The notes below the pieces were generated by a model. That model did no database searches, was not told where the DNA came from, and saw only the letters and a program-made list of their open reading frames with translations. From NCBI GenBank assembly GCA_964016885.1, contig OZ024744.1, positions 70,370,001 through 70,434,000 of the forward strand: a stretch of 64,000 nt of DNA. The letters run 5' to 3'. Source of the stretch: Eledone cirrhosa. Its lineage: Eukaryota. The position numbers were made by a program, and so were the translations under genes. The stretch's first letter is position 1; the number at the start of each line of letters is the position of its first letter. Below are positions 27,076 to 38,439 of this stretch, in pieces.

Positions 27076-27408
27076 TAATAATAGTGAGAGAGATGGGGAG
27101 AGCGAGAGAGACGGATGCAGTGAGTGAAAGAGAGAGAGAACATGAACGCACACACGCACCAGAAGGTTTCTGAGAGAGTACAACGTTCATGTATTACTGA
27201 ACTTGTTCATCAGCCTAGACTAGATGTATCATTGTCAAACTTCACCATAAACATCGATTATAAATCAATCAGTGCCGTCATGTATTTTGCTACCTTGGTT
27301 CTACAGTAACCCCCAATTCTAAAATTGATAGCAAAATCGTTCAACATCTTCGAAAAGTCATCTCTTCTTTTCGAAAATTGTCAATCGATGTTTGTGTTCA
27401 ATAAATAA

Positions 27409-27910
27409 ATGTTTCTACTTTTGGCACAAAGCCAGCAATTACTCCAGTACATTACTGGTACTTTATTTTATCGACCTCCGTAAGGATGAAAGGCAAAGTT
27501 AACCTCGGTGGGATTTGAACTCAGATCATAAAAGGCCGTAACTCTATGCTGTCAAGCATGGCGTCTGACCCTCTACCGATACTGCCAATCCACCACTGTG
27601 TTCAATATATAATTGTTTCTACTTTTGGCACAAGGCCAGCAATTACCCAGTGTATTACTGGTACTTTATTTTATCGACCTCCGTAAGGATGAAAGGCAAA
27701 GTTAACCTCGGCGAGATTTGAACTCAGACCATAAAGGGCCGTAACTCTTTGCTGCAAAGCATGGCGTCCGACCTTCTACCGATACTGCCAATCCACCAAT
27801 ATATAATTGTTTCTACTTTTTGGCACAAGGCCAGCAATTACCCAGTGTATTACTGGTACTTTATTTTATCGACCCTGTAAGGATGAAGGCTAAGTTAACC
27901 TTGACGAGAT
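27409..27910 (-). mobile_element. three tandem/nested SINE family A copies
   Basis: First copy is flanked by TSD TGTGTTCAATA (27393, 27597). Confidence 0.9.
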
Positions 27911-28148
27911 AGCGAACAGCGATATCATTCAAAAACGGAACATAAATGGCATTGGAAAATATTTGCTACGTGAACAAATGCACTGGTAGGGAAAAGTCAG
28001 TGTAGAACATACTAGAATTTCCAAAATACAGGCAGTGCCTTCCAACTGGTCAGACAACCATTACTGTGCTACAAAAACAAGATTTTTAAACAATTTATTA
28101 AGCTGTGTGCTTAGCAGCTGAATTATATGGATAAAGTAATATCTATAT

Positions 28149-28280
28149 CAGTGGCTCCCAAAAGTGGGTTCCGCAAAGGAGTGTCTGTGGTTCCGTGAAA
28201 AAAGGTAGAGGAGTATATTTATATTACGACCATATTAGACCAAAAAGGGTTCCGCGTTTGAAAAGGTTTGGGAAACCCTG
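28149..28280. mobile_element. hAT (Charlie-like) MITE, 132 bp
   Basis: TIRs CAGTGGCTCCCAAA / TTTGGGAAACCCTG; perfect 8-bp TSD ATCTATAT. Confidence 0.9.
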
Positions 28281-28907
28281 ATCTATATAAATACAGAGTA
28301 GATTTAACTGAAACAGCGTTAAGCTATATATAGATTTACATATTTTTAGTATATAGAGATTAAACATTCCAGAGACATGCATTTCCCTATTAACTGAAAA
28401 ACTGATAAACACCTTTAATCAATTTCCTTGTATTTGATTAGATAATAAACATGTCTTTTGGTGAAAGCCCAACTAGGCTTGAAAATCCATTAAAAATATT
28501 TATAATTTTTCAATTTACTGGGAAATACGCATATTTGGCACGTTTACATATCAACATAGTAATTATATACTACTTCTATTCTGTAGATATACGAGTACAG
28601 CTTTATCTTAAAATCAAAGAATGTCTAAGGCAATTGGAGTTTACTCTACTATCATAGGAGCACTTACTATTCTGTCAAGCTTGACGCTTGGCAGAATGAG
28701 TGCCCTGACAGAACTTACCGTTTTGAAAGAGATTGGAGCATAAGGATACACAGCACTCTAAAGCAAAAGCCCGCTTTATTACTGCCTTTAGCAAATGCAT
28801 GTAACTTCCATATCTGCCAACTCTGCTGCACATCTACGGTTAGTTAGCCTTACCGTTCACAGCAAGAATTAAGAAATATAGGCACAGCAACACACAAGTC
28901 AAAATAT

Positions 28908-29300
28908 AATTGTTTATACTTTTGGCAGAAGGCCAGCAATTACCCTCAGTGCATTACTGGTACTTTATTTTATCGACCCCCGTAAGGATGAAAGACAAAG
29001 CTAACCTCAGCGGGATTTGAAATCAAACCGTAAAGGGCCGTAACTATGCCGCGAAGCATAACGTCCGACACTCTACCGATACTGCCAATCCACCGCCCTC
29101 TTCTGCATTAATTATTTCTACTTTTGGAACAAGGCCAGCAATTACCCCCAGTGCATTACTGGTACTTTATTTTATCGACCCCCGTAAGGATGAAAGGCAA
29201 AGCTAACCTCGGCGTGATTTAAAATCAAACCGTAAAGGGCCGTAACTCTATGCTGCAAAGCATGGTGTCTGACGCTCTACCGATACTGCCAATCTACCAG
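28908..29300 (-). mobile_element. two tandem SINE family A copies
   Basis: Family body motif occurs twice. Confidence 0.9.
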
Positions 29301-29312
29301 CCTTGAGTCGAA

Positions 29313-29975
29313 ATGTAATACACTCCTACACATGTAGGTTTTAAATGTATTATGTAATACACTCCTACACATGTAGGTTTTAAATGTATTATGTAATACA
29401 CTCCAACACATGTAGGTTTTAAATGTATTATGTAATACACTCCTACACATGTAGGTTTTAAATGTATTATGTAATACACTCCTACACATGTAGGTTTTAA
29501 ATGTATTATGTAATACACTCCTACACATGTAGGTTTTAAATGTATTATGTAATACACTTCTACACATGTAGGTTTTAAATGTATTATATAATACACTCCT
29601 ACACATGTAGGTTTTAAATGTATTATGTAATACACTCCTACACATGTAGGTTTTAAATGTATTATGTAATACACTCCTACACATGTAGGTTTTAAATGTA
29701 TTATGTAATACACTCCTACACATGTAGGTTTTAAATGTATTATGTAATACACTCCTACACATGTAGGTTTTAAATGTATTATGTAATACACCCCTACACA
29801 TGTAGGTTTTAAATGTATTATGTAATACACTCCTACACATGTAGGTTTTAAATGTATTATGTAATACACTCCTACACATGTAGGTTTTAAATGTATTATG
29901 TAATACACTCCTACACATGTAGGTTTTAAATGTATTATGTAATACACTCCTACACATGTAGGTTTTAAATGTATT
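29313..29975. repeat. 39-bp minisatellite, 17 copies
   Basis: Unit ATGTAATACACTCCTACACATGTAGGTTTTAAATGTATT; 663 bp = 17 x 39. Confidence 0.97.
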
Positions 29976-30129
29976 CTCCCGTGTCACAAAAGACTATCAA
30001 CAATTAATTTAACCACATTTAACCAAACTTTTGTCAATACTATTTTTAATTAGATTCTATCAATCTTTATAATTGATATTTCTAATGTTTGTTATTGGGT
30101 GTTCGTCATTCAATTGTGACTGTAAGTGT

Positions 30130-30388
30130 TCATCATCATCATCATCAGCACCATCATCATCACCATCACCGTCATCATCATCATCATCACCACCATCATC
30201 ACCATCACTATCATCATCACCGCCATCATCACCATCACTATCATCATCATCACCATCATCATCATCAGCACCATCATCACCATCATCATCATCATCATCA
30301 ACATCATCATCATCACACATCACCATCATCACCATCATTATCATCATCATCACCACCATCATCACCATCAATATAATCATCACCATTA
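30130..30388. repeat. (CAT/CAC)n trinucleotide repeat
   Basis: Direct reading. Confidence 0.9.
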
Positions 30389-30436
30389 TATATAGATGTG
30401 TGTGTATATATTTGTGGGTGTGTGTGTGTATATATA

Positions 30437-30498
<62 letters not shown>

Positions 30499-30636
30499 CA
30501 CGTGCGTGTATGTATCTATTTATACATGCGTGTATGTATATATATATACTTATCTGTGTGTGGGCGTGTGTTAGTGAATGTGTGTATATGTATGCATGTA
30601 TATATGTATGTATGTATATTTGTATGTATGTATTGT

Positions 30637-31244
30637 GTCAGGTCACCAGTTGGTGCTACTGGTAACATGTATCCCAGTACAACCTGTCTCACGGTCGGGT
30701 CGTTGGCGACTAAACTGGCAACCCCACCAAGGTTTCTTGGTGAGGAGGGTGACTTTGGACATCCTGCAGGACAAAAAACAAAACCTGTCAAAGGGCAAAG
30801 GAGCTCTTAAGAGTCAATGGCCATCCAAAATCACCAGGAGAGATGACCCCTTAGCTTTTGTCAAGGCAGAATTCTAGGAGAAGGAAAACTCTGATATAAC
30901 ACCTGCAACCTTGATGGTATCCAATGATGTTGACTTGTTCTTCTTTTTGGTAAATATCATCTTGGTTAAGAGAGTGGGACTGGCTTTGTGCAGTGCCTTT
31001 GCTCACTATAAAAGCTTCACGGCACAGGCATTGCTTTATATCTGGAGATCTCTCTGCACTTGTCGTCACATGGTACCATGGGCCCAGCACTATGTGTCAG
31101 TAATTGTCACAAGTGTAGTGTTTGTACCAGAGTTTTCAAGTCGCTGGCTGGACTAAAAAGTCAGACTCGTTCAGCGCATCGGTAGGGGTTCTCCTACATG
31201 GATATAATGTAGTGGCCGTACTCGAAAACGAGTTGGCAGCCACC
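30637..31244 (+). mobile_element. full-length bipartite RTE-derived non-autonomous element (~610 bp)
   Basis: RTE/BovB-like 5'UTR motif GGAGAAGGAAAACTCTGAT; terminal C2H2 codons ([16 protein letters not shown](H)TRSAH*); (GTAT)n flanks. Confidence 0.75.
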
Positions 31245-31331
31245 GTATGTGTATGTATGTATATGTATGCATGAATGTATGTATGCATGCATGTAAGTAT
31301 ATGTATATATGCATGTATGTATGCATGTAAG

Positions 31332-31363
<32 letters not shown>

Positions 31364-31365
31364 TG

Positions 31366-31399
<34 letters not shown>

Positions 31400-31812
31400 T
31401 GTATGTATGTACGTTTAGATTTGTAAGCCTCAGTTATGCATCTGGCTGGCTGATATTTTCCATGGAGACAGATCTTTTCAAAGAGAAGGTCATAGGCTAC
31501 GTGACTTTTTTCTGATAACGTAAAAAATAACCTAAATTTATTAATGATGAAGAACGTATGTTTACTATCGATGGAAATTGTTTTTGTAGTGATGGAAAGA
31601 TAAATATTTATGTATTTAAATGGTGGAGGTGGGGATAAACAATTATGACCAATCCTATTCATTGCATTTGCGAATGTCTTGTCTGTGTGCATTTGACTGT
31701 TGCCAGAAATAGCTAAATGTAGTCAGAACATCCTACTTCTCATGACAGATACAAACAGTGCAATATACAAGCCTGCACATACGCACACAATGTCAAAAAC
31801 AGAGAGAGAGAG

Positions 31813-31912
<100 letters not shown>

Positions 31913-31960
31913 AAACGCATGCGCAGACAAGAAAACGAATCACAGAAAGACAATATAGAG

Positions 31961-32359
31961 CAGGGGCGAGCCACTTTTGAACATTGGAACAACTATTAGG
32001 GCCATTAATATTTATTAAGGAGGGATCTTGAATTATTAGACCAGGGGTGTGCAACATATTCCGTTGGCGGGCAACGTTTTAATATTGGAACAACTATTAG
32101 GGCCAATCACTGTCAAAAATATGTAATCTAATGAAAACCACAACTTCTTTCCATAACATGGAACTGGGAAATTATAACACACATAACCCTATCAGTGAAG
32201 CCCTTTAGTATAGGTCAACTAACAGAAAATTGTATTACGGTAACGAAAACAATTCTAAATAAGCCTACAAGGTAAAAATTAAAAACTGTCATCGCGGGCC
32301 ACTCTGACTGGTCTGGCGGGCTGGACTGTGGCACGCGGGCCGCCTGTTGTACGTCCCTG
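31961..32359. mobile_element. hAT MITE with a duplicated end
   Basis: CAGGGG... ends at 31961 and 32042, ...CCCTG at 32359; TSD ATATAGAG/ATATGGAG; inverted homolog of 40925-41241. Confidence 0.8.
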
Positions 32360-32673
32360 ATATGGAGTAAACAGATTAAGACTAAAACGGTGAGGTGACA
32401 CAGAGAAAAAGAACAAATGTCATTGAGGAGGTTACAATATGTGTGACGAAAGAGCTTTGACGAAATAACCAATAATTAATAATAAAGCTGAAGTGTAAAT
32501 AAATTAGTACCTATGATTTTATTGGCAAATTTGGCAAACTGATCAAAATCCCAAATATAGCAATATTAATCTTTAATTTTAAAAGCAAGAGTCTATTGAA
32601 TATAATATAAAAATTACCAACGTCTAAATTAGAACCGACCTCCAAGCAATGCTTATCTATATATTTTTCGAAT

Positions 32674-33077
32674 AGGCTAATTTGCCGGTCCCGGTAACAT
32701 AGACAAACATGCCTTTAAAGCTTATTTTACTGGTAAATATAAATAGTGTTAGAATTGGTGGTGAAAATAAATAAACTTCTGTGTTAAAATCTGTGTGTTG
32801 TTATTTTTTGACATTATCTGCCTTCCTAATAATTGTTTCTACTTTTGGCACAAGGCCAATAACTTTGGGAGAGGGGGAAAGTCAACTAAATCGACCCAAT
32901 GTATTACTGGTACTTTATTTTATCGACCTCGTAAGGATGAAAGGCAAAGTTAACCTCGGCGGGATTTGAACTCAGACTGTAAATGACCGCAACTCTATGC
33001 TACAAAGCATGGTGTCTGATACTCTTACCGGCATAATAGCGTGGAGATCTAGTTTACCGAGACCGGCAAAATAGCCT
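32674..33077. mobile_element. putative MITE with ~25-bp TIRs, containing a SINE A copy (32830-33030)
   Basis: AGGCTAATTTGCCGGTCCCGGTAA / TTACCGAGACCGGCAAAATAGCCT; no clear TSD. Confidence 0.5.
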
Positions 33078-33224
33078 CTTTTTCCTTATTTATTCACTTA
33101 TTTACTTATTTATTCACTTATTTACTTATTTATTTATTTATTGTTTGTTTGTTTAGAGAATGTCTTCGAAATTTCTATTTTTAAATATAGAAAATTACGA
33201 CCATGAAAAGTACAAAGGACTGAG

Positions 33225-33615
33225 ATGTAGGTTTGGGTGTTACAGTTAGGTTTTATGAGAAAAGGTTGGGAGTTGAGGATTACTGTTTCGGGATAGGGTT
33301 TAAGATGAGGATTTAAAATTAGGTTTTATGGTTGAGGATGTGGTTTAGAAGTAGGGGTTCGGGTTAAGAATAGGGTTTAGTGCTGCGTTAGGGGTTAGTT
33401 TTAGTGTTAGCGTCTAGGCTGAAAGGCTTGGTGTTAGGGTTGGGTTAGATTTTGGGATTAAAGTTTAAAGTTAAGATTTAATATTGATAGTTTAAGGCTA
33501 GAGAATAGAATTAGGGTTTAAAGTTATGGTTGAGGTTTAGTGCTAGAGGTTAGAGTTAGCTGCTAGGTTTTGAGGTTAGTAGTTAGCGATTAAGGTTAAG
33601 ATTTAGAGTTAGCAT
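33225..33615 (+). repeat. degenerate TTAGGG-like hexamer tract
   Basis: Recurrent GTTAGGG/GGTTAG/TTAAGG words. Confidence 0.6.
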
Positions 33616-34114
33616 CAGGAGAGTTGAAAAAATGTAATTTGGGAATTTTCTTTTACAAAATTATAATCGCTAATGTTTAAAACATAGACTACCGACGGAA
33701 TTTTCTTGAAAAACACTAAATTTGAAATAATGAGGATGAGGCTTGATTTCACAAATCTCCTTTCATTTTTTTCAATACGTACGCAAAAGTTGGATTTTGG
33801 TTTACTATCAAACATAACCCACAACATTTTGAAAACTTTCTACTATTTTTTTTTTATGAAATAGATCTAGCAATCCCGCAGCAATCAAAAAATTAAAAAA
33901 ATTTGTAAGTATCCATAAAAAGGTTACCATTAATTCTCTTTCTGTCATTTCATATTTCTTTATTACATATCCAAAATATAGTGGATTCATGTGGTTGTAT
34001 TTACATTCAGCATTAAATATATCCGATAAGGCCTGGTATTGCAGTTAATATACACTTACGTGTGTGCCTGTGTGTTTGTGAATGCGTATGCTTATATGTG
34101 TATGTATTGATGTA

Positions 34115-34166
<52 letters not shown>

Positions 34167-34373
34167 CACGTGAAAGCGAGCACCACCATTAGAACATGAG
34201 AAACGGTATTTAATTATACAGTAAAAACAAAGGATCTAGGACATTTTTAAGATAAGAGAAAATACTTAACGAGCCTTCGTCTTCGCCTCCGCTTGAGCCA
34301 GCCATTAGCCTTAACTAAATACATACACGCACTTACACAAACGCACCTGCACATACACACACTCACACACCAC

Positions 34374-34417
<44 letters not shown>

Positions 34418-34433
34418 AGATATATAGATATAG

Positions 34434-34468
<35 letters not shown>

Positions 34469-34482
34469 TAAATACATATATA

Positions 34483-34579
<97 letters not shown>

Positions 34580-34729
34580 GCACATATATATATATTGCGT
34601 CGTGTCAATGTACTTATTAAACCTGCGAAAAGTACATCAGCACGAAATTGCCGCGAAATATACGAACGTGTTTATGTATACGTGTATGTATGTATATATT
34701 TATGTATATTGAAATGTATGTATGTATAT

Positions 34730-35526
34730 GTTATCTCTTTCTCTTAATTTCGAGTATTTTTTTTGACCGGCCACCTTCCTGGTGGCAAGGTTGTAAAAGA
34801 AAAGAAATTGTCATCCCTTGAATCGCAAGAATGTTTTGCAAATTTTGAAGGTGCCAGCTATCGCAGCCATTTGTAGACTATAAATTAGGGAGCTGCGCTC
34901 TTTGTCCGCAAATCCAAGTTCAGTCATACTTTGGTCCAAGCGGGTTGGTATATAACCCGTAGCTCCAATAATGATGGGTATGAAGCTAAAGGTGTATCTT
35001 GGATACTGGATTTGTAAACTCCTCATCAATGGTCCGTAGATGTCCTCCTTCTCCTGTATTTTTCTGACAACGTTTACATCAAGTGGGCAGCTGATTTCCA
35101 CAACAGAACACGTTTTCAATGTGTGGTCCCAAACATCAATATCAGGCCGGTTGTGCTTTAATTTGGTGGCAGTTTTTATTTTCAGGTTCCACCAGTATTC
35201 CTTAGTGCCATCTGTCTCAATATATTCTTCCTCGTTTGTTGTTAATTTTGTTTTCCGAAGTGCGTTCCAGATGGTTCTAGCTATCCCATCGTGTCTCATG
35301 GGGAGGTAGTAGCGAGATGACATTCTTTCGCAGCTGGCAACAATGTGGTTAACATCTTCGATCTTTGTTTTGCATAGCCTACATTTATTGTAAGCTGATG
35401 GCCCTCCCCTTTTGTGCAGCAAATATTTGGTAGGGAGTTCTTGTTCTTGTATTGCATAGAGATATTCCTCAAGGTGTGATGTCATAAACTTGTCGGAACT
35501 CCATGCCAGGCTTTTTGAGTGGTTTA
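34730..35526 (-). mobile_element. second 5'-truncated copy of the R4/Dong-type LINE
   Basis: Highly similar to 17308-18232; intact RHD and RPD motifs; stop at 34811; (TGTA)n on both flanks. Confidence 0.9.
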
Positions 35527-35544
35527 TATATGTATGTATGTATT

Positions 35545-35578
<34 letters not shown>

Positions 35579-35761
35579 TGTATGTATGTATGTATGTATG
35601 TATATATGTATGTGTGTATATATGTGTGTATGTATGCAGCAGCAGGTACAAACGAATGAAAAGAACCAAAACATAATATGAAAGACGTCTACAAACAATT
35701 GAAATTGCTAATGCATATATGTGAATGCATGTGCCTATTTGAATACGCCTGTGTGTGTGTC

Positions 35762-35850
<89 letters not shown>

Positions 35851-36099
35851 GTGCGTGTGTAATAAGTATATTTGAACCTATATACAATATGTATACGTAT
35901 AATAGATATGCACGAAGTCAGGACGTGATCATGTCACAGTTACCTCAGCAACGAGGGAAGACCATTTTCTCTGTTGTTACAGCTCCTCGTCATACGCTTA
36001 TTTTCACTCAAATAATTGTTTCTACTTTTGGCACAAGGCCAGCAATCACCCAGTGCATTACTGGTACTTTATTTTATCGACCCCGTAAGGATGAAAGGC

Positions 36100-36374
36100 G
36101 GCACTAATACGACGTGATTCAAAATAAAAACGTTTATGAATCCATTACAATATGTTTACGTGTGATAAATATACATTAAGACTCGCTGAGAGACCTTACC
36201 AAAATATGCGGTAATGAAAATTAATTTGTTTTGGGATTTTGTAAACAAATTAATTTTCATCACAGTATATTTTGATAAGGTCTCTCAGCGAGTCTTAATG
36301 TATATTTATCACACGTAATCATATTGTAATGGATTCATAAACGCATTTATTCTGAATCACGCCGCATTAGTGCC
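36100..36374. repeat. ~275-bp imperfect palindrome
   Basis: GGCACTAAT...AAATTAATTTGTT / AACAAATTAATTT...ATTAGTGCC. Confidence 0.85.
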
Positions 36375-36915
36375 AACCTGAATTAAAACTAACGAATCAT
36401 AAAATAAATCAAATGATATTTTTCTCTTCCATACTTCAGCATACTACAGCGACGAACAGTAAAATGCATCCGCCATTTTCACTCTCATGTTGATATAGCT
36501 GTGAAATGATGATAGGTTATAATATTTACAGCTAAACTAAATGGATGATTATTATATAAGGACTTATTATATATAGGTTTATATATGCCTATATTCTGAA
36601 TCATGGTGAGTTGGTCGTATTGGTAATTGATGGTAGCCGACCAAGCTTGCATTAGGACTTTACCAAGCCTTCACCACTTAAAACAATTCATCCGCACGGG
36701 TTCAGTTCAACATAGTTTTATCTATTTGCAACAAACTCCACTTGTGAGAGATGAATGTGACGGAGAAAGGTACAGGATTTTACTGGAAGACCCCTGGCTG
36801 TAGCCCTACACAGTGGCGACTACTTGATGAGGGCCGTTTTAGCACAAACTCGTGACCCATTCTGCCCTCTGTGTCTTCCAATGGAGACAAAACAGGTCTT
36901 CTTAGATACAGCACT

Positions 36916-36986
<71 letters not shown>

Positions 36987-37479
36987 GCCCCTCTCTTTCT
37001 CTATCTGTCTATCTCTATCTCTCTCTCTAATGGGTGAGAGAAGGAGCCCTAAATATTGCTTGCTTATATTGCTAAATTGACAACCAGCTGCAGGTCTCTG
37101 GTTATCCAGTAAATGTAGTAGGAATATAATAAAAAGTAAGAAACTACATCTTGGTTCTTCGAATATACGCACACTCCAAGAAAGCGACTTTGCACCTGAA
37201 CTCAAAACGGCATTGGTCTCCCTTACACTAAAGAAATACAATATATGTATGTGTGTGTGTTGGTGTTATGTATATAGCTGCACTCAGTAAAAACACATCT
37301 TGCAGGTCCATCATAATTAGGGGAAGTGAAATGAGGGTATGTTTTTTCTGATACAAAAAAAGTGAAGAGTCACAACAGTTAGGTGTCGGCTTTACCATTA
37401 GATCATAACTTGTAAGATTACTTTCTACTCTGCCTAAATATGTATCAAATCGCATCATGTCATTGACATTTGATCTGCA

Positions 37480-38400
37480 ACGCAATACTAATGCTACGGT
37501 AGTCAATTGCTGTCAGTTCTGAGCAGCATAAAGATGACATCTATGACCAACTCTGCAATGTCACCTCTTATGCTTAACATGGGGGTAAACTCATTCTTAT
37601 GAGGGACTTCAATACTTGGGTAGGCTCAGACCATCAGTTCTGTGAGGAATACTAAATCATCATGGGGTTGGTCGACTGAACTCAAACGGTCCCTGCCCTC
37701 TTTCTTTTTGTAAAGAATTCGATATTACTATCATCAACACTGTTTTTATCAACAAAACTACTGCGAGGCGTCCCGAAAGTATCGTCGATCAAAGGATTAA
37801 CAGCTTATAGATTTCGTTAATACAAAGAAACGGGATTTGAGGGACATTAACATCACAGGCACCTTCCACAATTCCTGCTATCTTTTGGATCATACACTCC
37901 TTCGTAGTAAGGCCTCGTTTCGTTTTGTCCACAGGAGACTCCAGAAGGCATCAGAACCTAGGCGCATTAGCATTCAGCCTTTGAAAACCCGTAAGAAACA
38001 AATTGAGTTCTGCAACAAACTGGACTCTGCTCTTAACTCTACCGAGATCACTGGGGATATAGAATAAATTTGTAAGGCTGTTTCACACGCTACATCCTTA
38101 GATGTTCTTGAACTACCTGTTCGGAAGCACCAGGGTTAGTTTGATGATAACAACACCGAGGTTCAGCTCTTATTCTGACAAATGCACATCTCCCACAAAG
38201 CAAGGTTAAAGGATAAGAATACATTTATAAAAAATTTAAAAAACCGGCATACAAAAAATTGCAAAAGTTAGGTTCAATGTCCTCTCAGGAAAATGAATGA
38301 AAATGTTGCTGAACTCCAACAACCTGCAAATAAGAAGGATTGTAAGACCTTCTTTGATGGTCTGAAGGAAATGATGGTCCACAAGAGAGCGGTGTCTCAT
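37480..38400 (+). mobile_element. decayed RTE-BovB APE/linker fragment
   Basis: DFN..VGSD...HGVGRLNSNG...IINTVF...KRDLRDINIT remnants with stops and frameshifts. Confidence 0.7.
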
Positions 38401-38439
38401 GCAATTACAACTACGCTGAGCTGATCATGTCATCAGAAT

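Noticed and set aside
29277-29987. Repetitive 236-aa ORF or CRISPR-like array
   Set aside because: Contiguous 39-bp units with no unique spacers, in a eukaryotic context; the ORF follows from the unit length being a multiple of 3
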